The position numbers and the translations under genes are program-made. A DNA stretch of 64,000 nucleotides from Minisyncoccia bacterium (GTDB taxonomy: Bacteria; Patescibacteriota; Minisyncoccia; Phycocordibacterales; UBA9973): positions 409,319 through 473,318 of the forward strand of contig CBFHKH010000001.1 in the NCBI GenBank assembly GCA_965656375.1, read 5' to 3'. The number at the start of each line of letters is the position of its first letter. The stretch's first letter is position 1. The notes under the pieces were generated by a model, which was not told the origin of the DNA, searched no databases, and worked only from the letters and a program-made list of their open reading frames with translations. This document shows positions 63,558 to 64,000 of the stretch, in pieces.

Positions 63558-64000
63558 TTACTGCTCGCGCATGAGGTCCCCTCGATGCCACGGTGTACCA
63601 ATCATACGAAGCAACCAGTAATCAAGACCAATAAATCCAGCAACACGCCATGCAAGCATAAGTCCAAGAGCAAGTACAAAAAGGATAGGGTTAGTGCTCA
63701 CTGTCCCCGCCAGAAGATAATTGAGATTCATAAAGAGACCGAAGAATGCGGCAATACCAGCAAATAATCCAAGGATAAGAGCGACCCCAACAATTACTTC
63801 ACCATATGCAACCGCATGAGACCAGAGTGATGTATGCGGCAATACAGCATGCTCTAAAAACCATGCGTACCAGCCTTGTACATCAGGATGTGCTCCGCCA
63901 GTCTTTGCGAGTGCACCATTAAGGAAACCTGAGAGAGCAGCTCCTGCTTGTGGGCCAACCCATGCTTGATTGTGTATTTTATCCCATCCAGCTACCAACC
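63558..64000 (-). CDS. DoxX/TQO small subunit DoxD-like membrane protein (5' partial)
   Basis: AGWDK, WY..FL...VLP, GE..VG.ALILGLF, MNLNYLLAG..STNP. Confidence 0.85.
   Translation of the reverse strand, partial: LVAGWDKIHNQAWVGPQAGAALSGFLNGALAKTGGAHPDVQGWYAWFLEHAVLPHTSLWSHAVAYGEVIVGVALILGLFAGIAAFFGLFMNLNYLLAGTVSTNPILFVLALGLMLAWRVAGFIGLDYWLLRMIGTPWHRGDLMREQ

Noticed and set aside
1-64000. Genetic code 25 (UGA=Gly), DGR, retron or defence systems
   Set aside because: Genes are intact under code 11 with TGA stops; no reverse transcriptase, TR/VR pair, nuclease-methylase or toxin-antitoxin motifs recognised

Overview
A 64 kb chromosomal window of a small-genome, host-dependent bacterium, most likely Patescibacteria/CPR (Parcubacteria-like). 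This assignment is inferred from gene content: alpha2-type GlyRS, type-2 IleRS with an inserted phosphatase domain, DUF5666/DUF5667-like proteins and giant Ig/tail-fibre-like surface proteins. TGA is used as stop (code 11). Housekeeping genes include rpsF-ssb-rpsR, four aminoacyl-tRNA synthetases, a complete dCTP-to-dTDP/folate-cycle cluster, DNA repair genes, proteases and a MacAB-like efflux operon. I found no rRNA, tRNA, CRISPR array, integrase or transposase. The notable signals are mostly non-coding. (1) Two paralogous ECF sigma factors are each surrounded by three promoters sharing a CGTC -10 but differing at -35 (GTAAG versus GAAAG); they drive surface proteins and a general-stress module with three micro-ORFs absent or mis-started in the ORF track. 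(2) An ultrashort-Stem-I Ile T-box is coupled to a terminator-like hairpin. (3) A three-copy family of covarying hairpin elements. (4) An orphan ~180 nt structured RNA with its own promoter and terminator. (5) An 18 bp palindrome sits in frame (LPAQAG) in two unrelated proteins. (6) Leaderless promoter architecture is pervasive, with the -10 box exactly 6 nt before ATG. Functional calls come from motif recognition by eye, not database searches.
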